In this document: positions 37,757-64,000 of the stretch, one piece after another
Layout of the letters: each line of letters starts with the position of its first letter
How positions within the stretch are numbered: the first letter of the stretch is position 1
Assembly (NCBI GenBank): GCA_944380265.1
Contig: CALWGY010000001.1
Coordinates: 3,790-67,789, forward strand
Reading direction: 5' to 3'
Length of the DNA: 64,000 bases
Source of the DNA: an uncultured Clostridia bacterium
GTDB lineage: Bacteria; Bacillota; Clostridia; Christensenellales; UBA1242
Translations under genes and position numbers: made by a program
Notes under the pieces: model-generated
What the model was told of the DNA's origin: nothing
The model's input: the letters and a program-made list of their open reading frames with translations, nothing else
Database searches by the model: none

Positions 37757-38472
37757 TGGAACAAATTAAGTTTACTGGAATTGTTTTAAAAAGTGTAGAT
37801 TACAAAGAAAAAGATAAGTTGTTAACAATTTTTAGTTTGGAACTTGGCAAAATAACGGCAACATTAAAAGGTGTTAAGCAAGAAAAAGCAAAATTAAAAT
37901 TTGCAGCCATGCCTTTTTGTTTTGCCGAATTTGTTGCCAGCAACAACAATGGTTATTTAACAATTACAGAATGTTATCAAATTGAAAGTTTTTACAACAT
38001 AATTTCAAACTACAATAAGTCCATAACAGGTTTTTTGTTTTTAGAAGTTTCATGCATAATTATGCAAAAAACACCAGATGAGATGTGGTTTTTAACTTTG
38101 ATTAATTTTTTAAAAGAATTGGAGTTTGGCACAGCAAACGAAAAGGTGTTGCAAATTAAGTTTATGCTTAAAACCCTAAACAAAGTGGGGTATGGCTTAA
38201 ATTTTTCTAACTGCTTAGAATGTGGTTTAAAATTTATTAATGATGTTTACTTAAACTTAAACACAGGTGAGCTTGAATGCTCAACATGTTTTGGTGTTAA
38301 TTCATTAAAATTAACAAAACAACAATTTTCAATTTTAAAACTAATAGATTCTTTATCTTTAACCGAACTTAAAGGTGTTAAGCAAAAAGATGATGTTTTA
38401 ACAGAAATTGTTAACATATTAAAACAAAATTTAAATTTGCGATTGGGCTCAAACATAAGGTCGTTAATATAA
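37756..38472 (+). CDS. recO: DNA repair protein RecO
   Basis: GTG start overlapping the yqzL stop. N-terminal OB region (GIVLKSVDYKEKDKLLTIFS) and a C4 zinc site (CLECG...CSTC). Confidence 0.85.
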   Translation: MEQIKFTGIVLKSVDYKEKDKLLTIFSLELGKITATLKGVKQEKAKLKFAAMPFCFAEFVASNNNGYLTITECYQIESFYNIISNYNKSITGFLFLEVSCIIMQKTPDEMWFLTLINFLKELEFGTANEKVLQIKFMLKTLNKVGYGLNFSNCLECGLKFINDVYLNLNTGELECSTCFGVNSLKLTKQQFSILKLIDSLSLTELKGVKQKDDVLTEIVNILKQNLNLRLGSNIRSLI

Positions 38473-38476
38473 CAAA

Positions 38477-38507
38477 AGATGTTAGAAATTTCTAGCATCT
38501 TTTTTTA
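38477..38507 (+). terminator. rho-independent terminator after recO
   Basis: AGATGTTAGAAA pairs with TTTCTAGCATCT, followed by TTTTTTT. Confidence 0.65.
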
Positions 38508-38618
38508 CTAATTTTATTGGAATTTTTGTTGTTTTTTAAGTTAAATTAGTTGGCAAAAAAATCTGGTTGTTCTATAATAAACCTGATGTCAAAAATAAAT
38601 ACATATATAGGAGTTTTT

Positions 38619-41246
38619 ATGGCAAAAAAATACGTTTATCTTTTCAAAGAGGGTAATGCAACAATGCGTAACCTACTTGGTGGAAAAGGTGCAAACTTGG
38701 CAGAAATGACAAATCTTGGTTTGCCTGTTCCACAAGGATTCACAGTTACAACAGAAGCTTGTAACAAATACTATAAGGACAACGAAACACTTTCAGAAGA
38801 TGTGTTAAAACAAATTGATGTTGCCTTAGCAAAAACCGAAAAAATAACAGGAAAAGTTTTTGGTAGTAAAGAAAATCCATTGCTAGTTTCTGTTCGTTCA
38901 GGTGCAAGAGCAAGCATGCCTGGCATGATGGACACCATTTTAAACTTAGGTTTAAATGATGAAGTTGTTGAAGGAATGGCAAAATTAACAAACAACCCAC
39001 GTGTGGCTTATGATAGTTACAGAAGATTTGTTATGATGTTTGCTGATGTTGTTATGGGCGTTGACAAAAGCAAATTTGAAGCAATCATGGACAAACTAAA
39101 ACAATCAAAAGGCGTTGAAAACGACACAGATTTAACAGCAGATGATCTTAAAAAACTTGTAAAAGACTACAAAGCTCTTTACAAAAAAGAATTAAAATCA
39201 GATTTCCCACAAGAACCAAAAGCACAATTAATTGAAGCAGTTAAAGCAGTTTTCCGTTCATGGAACAACCCACGTGCCGAAGTTTATCGTCGTATGAACG
39301 ACATTCCAAGTGAATGGGGCACAGCAGTTAACGTTCAATCCATGGTTTTTGGAAACATGGGTGAAACAAGCGGAACAGGTGTTGCTTTCACACGTAACCC
39401 TGCAACTGGCGAAAAAGAATTGTTTGGTGAATATTTAATGAATGCACAAGGTGAAGACGTTGTGTCTGGCGTTAGAACACCAAGCCCAATTAGCCACTTA
39501 AAAGAACAAAACGAAAAACTATATAACGAATTTGTTGCTGTTTGCAATAAACTTGAAAAACACTATAAAGACATGCAAGACATGGAATTTACCATTGAAA
39601 ATGGCAAATTATATATGTTACAAACTCGTAACGGAAAAAGAACCGCAACCGCAGCATTAAGAATTGCTATTGATTTGGTTAAAGAAGGCATGCTTTCTAA
39701 AAAAGAAGCACTTTTAAAAATTGAACCAAAAAGTTTGGATGCACTTTTACACCCAATGTTTGATGCTGATGCATTAAAGAAAGCAAAAGAAGTTGCAACT
39801 GGTCTTGCTGCAAGCCCAGGTGCTGCATGTGGTCAAATTGCATTAACACCAGAAAAAGCAAAAGAAATGCACAAAGAAGGCAAAAAAGTTGTTTTAGTTA
39901 GAAGCGAAACCAGCCCAGAAGATATTGAAGGTATGGCTGTTGCGTTAGGCGTTTTAACTGCAACTGGTGGAATGACATCTCACGCAGCTGTTGTTGCTCG
40001 TGGAATGGGTACAGCATGCGTTGCAGGCTGCAAACAATTAAGTGTTAGAGAAGAAAAGAAAGAAATTTCACTTGCTGGAAAAATTTTAAAAGAAGGCGAC
40101 TACATTTCAATTGACGGTTCAACAGGAAAAATTTATGCTGAACAAATTAAAACTGTTGAAGCACAAATCACTGGCGATTTTGCAACAATAATGTCTTGGG
40201 CAGATGAAGTTGCAAAAGTTAAAGTTAGAGCAAATGCTGATAACGAACGCGATGCTGCACGCGCTTTGTCACTTGGTGCAACAGGAATTGGCTTGTGCCG
40301 TACAGAACACATGTTCTTTGAAGCAAACAGAATTAAAGCAGTAAGAGAAATGATTATTGCAACCGATGCAAAAGCAAGAGAAAAAGCATTAAACAAAATT
40401 TTACCAATGCAAAAAGGTGACTTTGTTGCAATGTTTAAAGTTATGAAAGGTTTGCCTGTAACAATTCGATTCCTAGACCCACCACTTCATGAATTTTTAC
40501 CTCATGAAGAACCTGAAATGAGGGAACTAGCAAAAGAACTTGGAAAAACATATCAAGAAATTAAAGATGTTGTTGATGGTTTAAGTGAATTCAACCCAAT
40601 GATGGGATTCCGTGGATGCCGTCTTTCAATTGTTATGCCAGAAATTGCAAAAATGCAAACAACAGCAGTAATTGAAGCAGCAATTGAATGTGTTAAAAAA
40701 CACAAAATTGAAGTTCATCCAGAAATTATGGTTCCACTTATTGGTGATGTTAAAGAATTCCTATATGTTAAAAACATAATAACAACAACTGCTGATGAAC
40801 TAATTGCAAAAGCAGGAGTTGACATTACTTACAAAGTTGGAACAATGATTGAAATTCCACGTGCTGCAATCACATCTGATGAAATTGCTAAAGAAGCACA
40901 ATTCTTCTCATTTGGAACAAACGATTTAACGCAAATGACATATGGTTTCAGCCGTGATGATGCTGGAAAATTTATTGGCGATTACTATGATAAACGTGTT
41001 TTGGAATATGACCCATTTGTTAGAATTGATGAAAAAGGTGTTGGTCACTTAATGAAATACACTGTTCAAAATGCAAGAGCAGTTGATAAAAACTTTAAGT
41101 GCGGAATTTGTGGTGAACAAGGTGCTGATCCACTTTCAGTTGAATTTGCACACAAAATTGGTATCACATATGTTTCATGCTCACCATTCCGTGTTCCAAT
41201 TGCAAGACTAGCAGCAGCACAAGCAGCTGTTAAATGCGGAAAATAA
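38619..41246 (+). CDS. ppdK: pyruvate, phosphate dikinase
   Basis: The ATG at 38619 follows RBS TAGGAG. MAKKYVYLFKEGNATMRNLLGGKGANLAEM, the phospho-His loop GGMTSHAAVVARGMG, and the PEP-utilising C-domain. Confidence 0.95.
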   Translation: MAKKYVYLFKEGNATMRNLLGGKGANLAEMTNLGLPVPQGFTVTTEACNKYYKDNETLSEDVLKQIDVALAKTEKITGKVFGSKENPLLVSVRSGARASMPGMMDTILNLGLNDEVVEGMAKLTNNPRVAYDSYRRFVMMFADVVMGVDKSKFEAIMDKLKQSKGVENDTDLTADDLKKLVKDYKALYKKELKSDFPQEPKAQLIEAVKAVFRSWNNPRAEVYRRMNDIPSEWGTAVNVQSMVFGNMGETSGTGVAFTRNPATGEKELFGEYLMNAQGEDVVSGVRTPSPISHLKEQNEKLYNEFVAVCNKLEKHYKDMQDMEFTIENGKLYMLQTRNGKRTATAALRIAIDLVKEGMLSKKEALLKIEPKSLDALLHPMFDADALKKAKEVATGLAASPGAACGQIALTPEKAKEMHKEGKKVVLVRSETSPEDIEGMAVALGVLTATGGMTSHAAVVARGMGTACVAGCKQLSVREEKKEISLAGKILKEGDYISIDGSTGKIYAEQIKTVEAQITGDFATIMSWADEVAKVKVRANADNERDAARALSLGATGIGLCRTEHMFFEANRIKAVREMIIATDAKAREKALNKILPMQKGDFVAMFKVMKGLPVTIRFLDPPLHEFLPHEEPEMRELAKELGKTYQEIKDVVDGLSEFNPMMGFRGCRLSIVMPEIAKMQTTAVIEAAIECVKKHKIEVHPEIMVPLIGDVKEFLYVKNIITTTADELIAKAGVDITYKVGTMIEIPRAAITSDEIAKEAQFFSFGTNDLTQMTYGFSRDDAGKFIGDYYDKRVLEYDPFVRIDEKGVGHLMKYTVQNARAVDKNFKCGICGEQGADPLSVEFAHKIGITYVSCSPFRVPIARLAAAQAAVKCGK

Positions 41247-41316
41247 TTAGTTTTAAATATTATTTTCTTTAAGCTTGATTAAAATTTAAAAGATAATAAA
41301 TAAATAAAAACAAAAA

Positions 41317-41341
41317 ACAGTGGTTTTCCACTGTTTTTTTT
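41317..41341 (+). terminator. rho-independent terminator after ppdK
   Basis: ACAGTGG pairs with CCACTGT, followed by a long T-run. Confidence 0.75.
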
Positions 41342-41556
41342 GTGTACTATTTCTTTTAGTTTTGTTATAAAACTCAAAATTTAACTACTATGCAAACATT
41401 GTTTAAACCATTAAATATGGCAGTTTTTTAAAAAATTTAATAAAAATTTAAAAAAAATACAAAAATATAAAGGAAAATTAAAAAAGTTGTTGTATTAATT
41501 AATTGAGATGGCATTTTTTAGATATAGAATTATAACTAATTTGGGAGGTTGCATAT

Positions 41557-43332
41557 TTGGATAATTTTGAAGAATTTAAACAAAAAGTTAAAGATTCAAA
41601 CGATATTGTGTCAGTTGTTTCAAAATATGTAACTTTAACAAAAAAAGGAAAAACATGGTGGGCAAATTGCCCATTTCATTATGAAAAAACACCAAGTTTT
41701 GCAGTTAATGGTTTGGAACAATATTACCATTGTTTTGGCTGCGGAGTTAGTGGTGATGTTTTTAGTTTTGTTCAACATATGGAAGGGTGTGACTTTTTTG
41801 ACGCACTAAAAATTTTAAGTGAAAATGCAGGGCTTAGCATGCCAGACTTTTCTGGTATTGAAAAAGATAGTGAAAGAAAAAAAGAGCGTGAACAAATTTT
41901 TTCAGTTTTACGTGATGCAGCGGTTTATTATTGTAAAAACTTAAACTTGCCCGAATCAAAACCTGCAACAGAGTACATATTTTCAAAACGTAAACTTAAC
42001 ATGGAAGCAGTTAAAGCATTTGGTCTAGGATATTCGCTTGGTTGGAATGAACTTATTGATTATTTAAAAAAGAAAGGTTATTCTTTTGAAATAATGCAAA
42101 AAGCAGGCTTAATTGAAAAAAATAAGAATGGAAAGTTTTATGATGTTTTTGCAAAACGATTAATTTTCCCAATAATTAATTCCAACGATAATGTTGTTGG
42201 TTTCAGTGCTAGGGCATTAGATAACAATTCACAACCAAAATATCGAAACACTGGCGACACACCAGTTTTTCAAAAAAACGAATGTGTTTATGGTATTAAC
42301 CTAATCAAAAAACTTCGCAGAAGTGAACCTTTAAAAGAAATAATAATTGTTGAAGGGCAAATGGATGTTATTTCACTTTACAAAGCGGGGGTTAAAAATG
42401 CGGTTGCATGTTTAGGCACAGCACTAACGCAAAATCATGCAAAGCAACTAAAAAAATATTGCGATAAAGTGGTTGTTTGTTTTGATGGTGATGGCGCTGG
42501 TAAAAAAGCAACTTTAAGAAGTTTAGATATTTTGGTTAGCGTTGGGTTAAATGTTTTTGTTGCACAAATGCCAGCAGGTGTTGACCCCGATGAGTTCATA
42601 TTAAAATATGGTTTAAATGGCTATTTGGAATTAATTAATGATTCAAAATATTGGGTAGAATATTTAATAAGGGAATATGCACAAAACTTCAACTTAAAAC
42701 GTGCAGATGAAAGAAATTCTTTTGTGGTTTCATCGTTAAACGTTATAAAAAAATTGGATAGCAACACTGAACAAAATGTTTATCTGGAACTTGTTAAAAA
42801 TTTAAGTAACATTTCAATGGATGTTTTAAGAAAGGATCTTGAAAATATTGATAATGTTAAATTAGAAGAAGTTGTTGTTGAAGAAAAACCGGAAAACACT
42901 TTAACAAAAGAAAATGCTTATGTTAAAGCAGTTAAATTTGTTTTAAGTGCATTGCTTCATAAAAAAGACTATGCAACATTAAACGATGATGTTAAAGATA
43001 ACTTAATTGATAATGACATAATTAAACTTTATGAATACATTGAAAGTTGCAAACAAAAAAACACGCAACCAATTGTTAGCCATGTGTTTGATATGTTTAA
43101 TGTTGATAATAATCCACTAATAAATGACATTGTTAATTTTAATTTCAACGAAATTAACGATGATGAAAAATATTATAACGATTGTGTTAAGTTGTTAATT
43201 ATTAGTGGGCTTGAATTAAAACAAAAAGACTTGGCACTTAAAATTTCACTAACAAACGAAATTGAAGAGCGTAAAAAACTTTCAATGGAACTAGCAAAAA
43301 TAATTCAAAAACAAAACAGTTTAAAAAAATAA
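41557..43332 (+). CDS. dnaG: DNA primase
   Basis: TTG start after RBS GGGAGG. Zinc ribbon CPFHYEKTPSFAV...YHCFGCG and a Toprim domain EGQMDVIS. Confidence 0.93.
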   Translation: MDNFEEFKQKVKDSNDIVSVVSKYVTLTKKGKTWWANCPFHYEKTPSFAVNGLEQYYHCFGCGVSGDVFSFVQHMEGCDFFDALKILSENAGLSMPDFSGIEKDSERKKEREQIFSVLRDAAVYYCKNLNLPESKPATEYIFSKRKLNMEAVKAFGLGYSLGWNELIDYLKKKGYSFEIMQKAGLIEKNKNGKFYDVFAKRLIFPIINSNDNVVGFSARALDNNSQPKYRNTGDTPVFQKNECVYGINLIKKLRRSEPLKEIIIVEGQMDVISLYKAGVKNAVACLGTALTQNHAKQLKKYCDKVVVCFDGDGAGKKATLRSLDILVSVGLNVFVAQMPAGVDPDEFILKYGLNGYLELINDSKYWVEYLIREYAQNFNLKRADERNSFVVSSLNVIKKLDSNTEQNVYLELVKNLSNISMDVLRKDLENIDNVKLEEVVVEEKPENTLTKENAYVKAVKFVLSALLHKKDYATLNDDVKDNLIDNDIIKLYEYIESCKQKNTQPIVSHVFDMFNVDNNPLINDIVNFNFNEINDDEKYYNDCVKLLIISGLELKQKDLALKISLTNEIEERKKLSMELAKIIQKQNSLKK

Positions 43333-43392
43333 TAAGGTACTATGCAAAAATTAATATTTTGGCTTTAAATAGTAATTTTAAAAGGATTATAA

Positions 43393-44448
43393 ATGGAAAA
43401 GAAACTTGAAAATGATATAAACAATTTAATTCAAATTGCAAAAAAGACAAACGAAATTCACGAAGATGACATTGTTAACAAACTATCAAAGCACGAGTTA
43501 ACGCCAGAAATTATGGCTGGAATAATAACTATGTTTGAAGATGAAGGAATTAAAGTTATTCCATCAGAAGAAGTTGTTGTTAAAGATGAAGATTTAAAAG
43601 AAATAATTAGCACAGTTAAAGTTGATGACCCAGTAAAAATGTACTTAAAAGACATTGGAACTGTTCAACTTTTAACCAGTGAACAAGAAGTTGAACTTGC
43701 AAAACGCATATTAGAACACGATGAACGTGCAAAAGCAGAACTTATTGAAAGAAACCTAAAACTTGTTGTTTCCATTGCAAAAAAATATGTTAATCGCAGT
43801 TCAATGCAATTTCTAGATTTAATTCAGGAAGGTAACTTGGGGCTTGTTAAAGCAGTTGAAAAATTTGACTACACAAAAGGTTTCCGTTTTTCAACATATG
43901 CAACTTGGTGGATTCGCCAAGCAATAACTCGTGCAATTGCCGATCAGGCAAGAACCATCAGAATTCCTGTTCATATGGTTGAAACAATTCACAAACTTTC
44001 GCGTGTGTCTAAACAATTAATGCAGGAATTGGGTCGTGACCCAACAACAGCAGAAGTTGCAGAACGAATGGGAATTAGTGAACAACGTGTTAACGAAATT
44101 CAAAAAATTGCACAAGATCCAGTAAGTTTGGAAAGTCCCGTTGGTGAAGAAGATGAAAGCAAAATTGGCGATTTTGTGGAAGATGACAGTTTTAAAAGTC
44201 CAGCCGAAAGTGCAGCACAAGACATTTTAAAAGCACAACTTCTTGCAGTAATTGAAACTTTAACTCCACGTGAACAAAAAGTTATTAGGCTTAGGTATGG
44301 TTTAGATGATAATCATCCACGAACACTAGAAGAAGTTGGTAAAGAATTTAATGTTACTCGTGAACGTATTAGACAAATTGAAGCCAAAGCATTAAGAAAA
44401 CTTAGAAACCCTAACAGAAGTAAAAAATTAGAAGACTTTATAGATTAA
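43393..44448 (+). CDS. sigA: RNA polymerase sigma factor SigA/RpoD
   Basis: Region 2 is [27 protein letters not shown]. Region 4 is [28 protein letters not shown]. Confidence 0.95.
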   Translation: MEKKLENDINNLIQIAKKTNEIHEDDIVNKLSKHELTPEIMAGIITMFEDEGIKVIPSEEVVVKDEDLKEIISTVKVDDPVKMYLKDIGTVQLLTSEQEVELAKRILEHDERAKAELIERNLKLVVSIAKKYVNRSSMQFLDLIQEGNLGLVKAVEKFDYTKGFRFSTYATWWIRQAITRAIADQARTIRIPVHMVETIHKLSRVSKQLMQELGRDPTTAEVAERMGISEQRVNEIQKIAQDPVSLESPVGEEDESKIGDFVEDDSFKSPAESAAQDILKAQLLAVIETLTPREQKVIRLRYGLDDNHPRTLEEVGKEFNVTRERIRQIEAKALRKLRNPNRSKKLEDFID

Positions 44449-45119
44449 TGTTAAGTTATAGATTAAGTGAAATAGTTAAACTCTGCAAAAATCACACTCG
44501 AATTGCTGATGTTGGTTGTGACCATGGAAAAGTTTTGGGTGAACTTGCAAAAAACGGAGCAAAATTTCTAGTTGCATCTGATATAAGTGAGCCAAGTGTT
44601 AAAAAAGCAGAACAGTTGTTAACCAAACTTAATTTTAAAAATTTTGATGTTAGGGTGGGTAATGGTTTCGAAACATTATCCGACAGCGACAATTTAGATT
44701 TAATAATTGTTGCTGGAATGGGTGGTTTAGAAATTATTCAAATTTTAAAAAATTCAAAAATCAAACTTACAAATTTAATTTTGCAACCACAAAATAATGT
44801 TGTAAAATTAAGAGAGTATTTGTGCAACAACAATTTTTACGTTCAACTAGATTATGTTATTTGTGATAAAGATAAATTTTATAACATAATAAAAGTTAAA
44901 AAAGATAACAAATTTCATAAATTAACAAAAAGAGAAATAACTTTTGGAAAAACAAATTTAAAAACTTTTAATCCAGAATTTATTTCTATGCTTGAAAGTC
45001 TTAATTTTAAACTTGCAAACAGAGTGCAGGGCATTAAAGATGAAAGTTTGAAAAATGAAATTGTTGAAACAATCAAGGAAAACAATGTTGAAATTGAACG
45101 TGCAAAAAACAGGAGATAG
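44448..45119 (+). CDS. trmK: tRNA (adenine22-N1)-methyltransferase TrmK
   Basis: IADVGCDHGKVLGELAKNG and VAGMGG motifs. Lies directly after sigA, as yqfN does in Bacillus. Confidence 0.8.
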   Translation: MLSYRLSEIVKLCKNHTRIADVGCDHGKVLGELAKNGAKFLVASDISEPSVKKAEQLLTKLNFKNFDVRVGNGFETLSDSDNLDLIIVAGMGGLEIIQILKNSKIKLTNLILQPQNNVVKLREYLCNNNFYVQLDYVICDKDKFYNIIKVKKDNKFHKLTKREITFGKTNLKTFNPEFISMLESLNFKLANRVQGIKDESLKNEIVETIKENNVEIERAKNRR

Positions 45120-45123
45120 TATT

Positions 45124-45816
45124 ATGGAAAATATTTTAAAGTATCAAAGTTTAGATGCTAAAAAACAACAGTTAGAAAAATCAATTTTAACTTCTTCTGA
45201 AAAAGCAGTTATGAACAAGATGATTGCTTATGTTAAAGAAGCTCAAAACAAAAGCATGGAACTTGAAAACCAAGCAAAAAAATTAACAGAAGAGTATTTA
45301 GCATTAAAAAAGGAATATGACAAAAATATATTGTTAATTAAGGAATTAACTTCAAAAAATTCAGATGAATTAACAACCGAGCAAATGGATCAAATTTTTC
45401 ATCAAATTAATTTGGTTTCAAGCAATTTGTATATGATTGAAAGAAATTTAAACATTCAAATTGTTAATATCAAAAACATATTAAAAGAATTTGAAGCAAC
45501 CAAAAAAGGTGTTATTCAAGCAAGAACAAAACATAAAGAAAGCAAACTTAAATATGAGGCTTTCGTAAATGATGTTAATCCTAAAATTGAAGCCATCAAC
45601 AAAGAGATGCAAAAACTTGAAAGTGTGATTGATGAAAAACTTTTGGCAAAATATAAATCATTAAAACACGACAACATTTTCCCAGTTTTTGTTCCACTTG
45701 AAAATGGCAATTGTGGTGGATGCAGAATGGCACAACCAAAGGGTAGGTTAGACAAAATTAAGTCAGATGGATACATTATTTGTGAACAATGTGGCAGAGT
45801 TATTTACAATAAATAA
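45124..45816 (+). CDS. coiled-coil protein with C-terminal C4 zinc ribbon (COG1579-like)
   Basis: The ATG at 45124 follows RBS AGGAGA. C-terminus CGGCRM...CEQCGRVIY. Confidence 0.65.
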   Translation: MENILKYQSLDAKKQQLEKSILTSSEKAVMNKMIAYVKEAQNKSMELENQAKKLTEEYLALKKEYDKNILLIKELTSKNSDELTTEQMDQIFHQINLVSSNLYMIERNLNIQIVNIKNILKEFEATKKGVIQARTKHKESKLKYEAFVNDVNPKIEAINKEMQKLESVIDEKLLAKYKSLKHDNIFPVFVPLENGNCGGCRMAQPKGRLDKIKSDGYIICEQCGRVIYNK

Positions 45817-45861
45817 TCTATAAATTTTAATTTGAATTAAATAATATTTAACAAAAAAAAT

Positions 45862-45888
45862 GAACTGTAAATATGCAGTTCTTTTTTT
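45862..45888 (+). terminator. rho-independent terminator ending the sigA-trmK cluster
   Basis: GAACTG (45862-45867) pairs with CAGTTC (45876-45881), followed by TTTTTTT. Confidence 0.7.
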
Positions 45889-47449
45889 AAGTGCACAAGA
45901 ATAATAGCAATGCAAGGAGCGTTTTTTTTGTTGTTTTTTTTAATTGATTTTTTTCAAAAAAACAAATGTTAAAACTTACTAAAAATAAGTATAAAATATT
46001 GCTGTATTTTTTGTTTGTTTTGTTTTTAAATTACATTATTTTTTTATTTGTCTTTTTTTAATTTTTATGCTCCAAAGTTTTATTTGAATTTCGTTTAAAA
46101 ATGTAACAAAATATTATTAAAATTTTTATCTTTTATTTTATAAATTTTTTAAAAACATGGTTAAATTTTGACTATGTTTTTTGTTTTTTATTAATGTATA
46201 ATTATACATATAATATCTAATTAAATTAATATAAGTTTCTTAATATTATATTTACAGTTTATAATTATTATTAAAAATATTTATTTTGCAATAACTTTTT
46301 AATAAAAACATTAAAATATTTTGTTTATGACAAAAAGTGTATAGTTTATGACAATTATAAATATACATAAAAACAAATAAAAATACACAAAAAATGTTAA
46401 AAATTTTCATAAATTTTAATCAAATTGTTTCATGTTTTTTTAATTAAATTGGCACAAGCTTTTTCGAAAAATTCATTCAATTTCTTTCAAGTTTTTTAGT
46501 GATTTATTTCAAATTTTTTTATAAAAAAATAGCCATCAGTTTGTTTATATTTTTTATGAAAAAATTTTTATTTTAATTTATGTTGACTGTTATTATTTGT
46601 TGTATAATTTTCACTTTTTCTTTCAAGTAAAAAATTGTTAAGTTAATTATTTTTTAGTTGTTGTTTTTTATGGTTTTAAATTTTAATTTTGTTTTTATAA
46701 AAAAATTTACGATCCGCTTTTGTAAAATAATTTATTTATTTTTGTGAAGGTCGATTTTTTGTGTTTAATTTGTTTTCTTGTTTTTTGTTTGTCCAAATAT
46801 TAAAACGAAAAATAAAAAATATAAATGTGTGGGGTAGTGCTCACTGCAAAAAAGTAAACACACAAATTTGTAAATGTGTTTTTTTTTCAAATCATTAATT
46901 TTAACCACGAATATTAATTTAAAATGCAAATAAAAATCCAACTTCAAAGTTGGTTTTAATTTTTGTGAGAATGTAGAACTAAAAATCTTATGAAGCGTAA
47001 TAACTTGTGTAGCGTAATAATTTTTGTTGGATATAATATTCACTCTTGTTTGCTTTATGTTTAATAATGCAATGGTTGACAATTTGGTTTGATTTGATTT
47101 TTCTTCTTTAAGTTTTTTTAAATTTTAAAACCAACAAAATTGAATTATCAAAATTCTAATTGATAAATGCATTTGTTGTTTGTCAACTTTATTTTCTAGT
47201 GAAATTATTTTTTTCGTTTTTCTAATTTGCTTAATTAACGCATTTTTTCTTAATTTAAAAATAACGGCTTAAAAATTTAATCTTAAAAATTTAATGGCAC
47301 AAATAATTAAACATGCAATTTAGTGATATTAAAATTGTTGCTGTTTTAGCAGAAATTTGGCATGAAAAAGAAAATGTTGAGTCACAATTTTATTTGTTTA
47401 AACACTTAAAATTTGTGCAAAACAAATTAACCAAAACCTATTGATTTAT

Positions 47450-47478
47450 TTGACTAAAATCGCCAGATTTAATATACT
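47450..47478 (+). promoter_or_regulatory. candidate sigma-A promoter for the giant gene
   Basis: TTGACT (47450-47455), a 17-nt spacer, then TATACT (47473-47478). This would give a 5' UTR of about 180 nt. Confidence 0.45.
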
Positions 47479-47667
47479 ATGAGCAGGCAAAATATAATAT
47501 ATATATATTATTTAACATTTATTTTGCTTAAATTAATTTTTTTTGTACAAACTAATACCAATAAAATTTTTCCATTATTTGTTGTACTTTTAAGTGAACA
47601 TTTTAGTTTGGCTTAGTTTAAAAATAATGCTAATAAAGCACGGAATGATAAAAAGGAAAATTTACTA

Positions 47668-64000
<16,333 letters not shown>

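Noticed and set aside
46583-46608. TTGACT ... TATAAT promoter-like pair in the gap.
   Set aside because: The spacer is only 14 nt, too short for a functional sigma-A promoter. The 47450-47478 candidate has the canonical 17-nt spacing.
46765-47082. 105-aa minus-strand ORF in the AT-rich gap.
   Set aside because: The translation is low complexity and rich in Phe, Lys, Leu and Ile. There is no RBS, and it spans a hairpin-terminator region. It is typical of chance ORFs in AT-rich DNA.
47313-47444. 43-codon ORF (MQFSDIKIVAVLAEIWHEKENVESQFYLFKHLKFVQNKLTKTY) upstream of the giant gene.
   Set aside because: Not called as a gene because it has no Shine-Dalgarno sequence and I recognise no family. 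It is kept only as a possible gene remnant within the gap finding.

Overview
The window is about 30% GC, uses the standard code (TGG = Trp; TGA, TAA and TAG all terminate genes), and looks like an endospore-forming Firmicute chromosome. Bases 1-45.8 kb are mostly housekeeping and sporulation genes in classic Firmicute order. They include spoIIP, der-plsY, spoIVA, the L21-Prp-L27 operon, nfeD-floA, and yqfC-yqfD-ybeY-era-yqzL-recO-ppdK-dnaG-sigA-trmK. I saw no rRNA, CRISPR array, transposase, integrase or phage structural gene. Three regions stand out. (1) A giant open reading frame starts at ATG 47668 and is still open at base 64000, at least 5,444 codons. The supplied ORF track omits it because it has no stop codon in the window. 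It encodes an N-terminally anchored or secreted protein with repeated GLUG-type (GG[IV][AV]G) motifs and a GC-rich poly-glycine block built from perfect in-frame microsatellites, followed by about 8 kb of non-repetitive Asn/Thr-rich sequence. A 1.85 kb AT-rich gap with no credible gene precedes it. (2) A 3.0 kb islet lies next to tRNA-Lys(CUU). It is bracketed by 56-bp direct repeats made of the tRNA 3' half, has no integrase, and carries a tightly coupled four-gene operon: two membrane proteins, a LURP-one/DUF567-like protein and a lipoprotein. (3) A DUF1538 membrane protein is followed by two P-II-like genes. All family assignments come from motif recognition by eye; no database search was possible.
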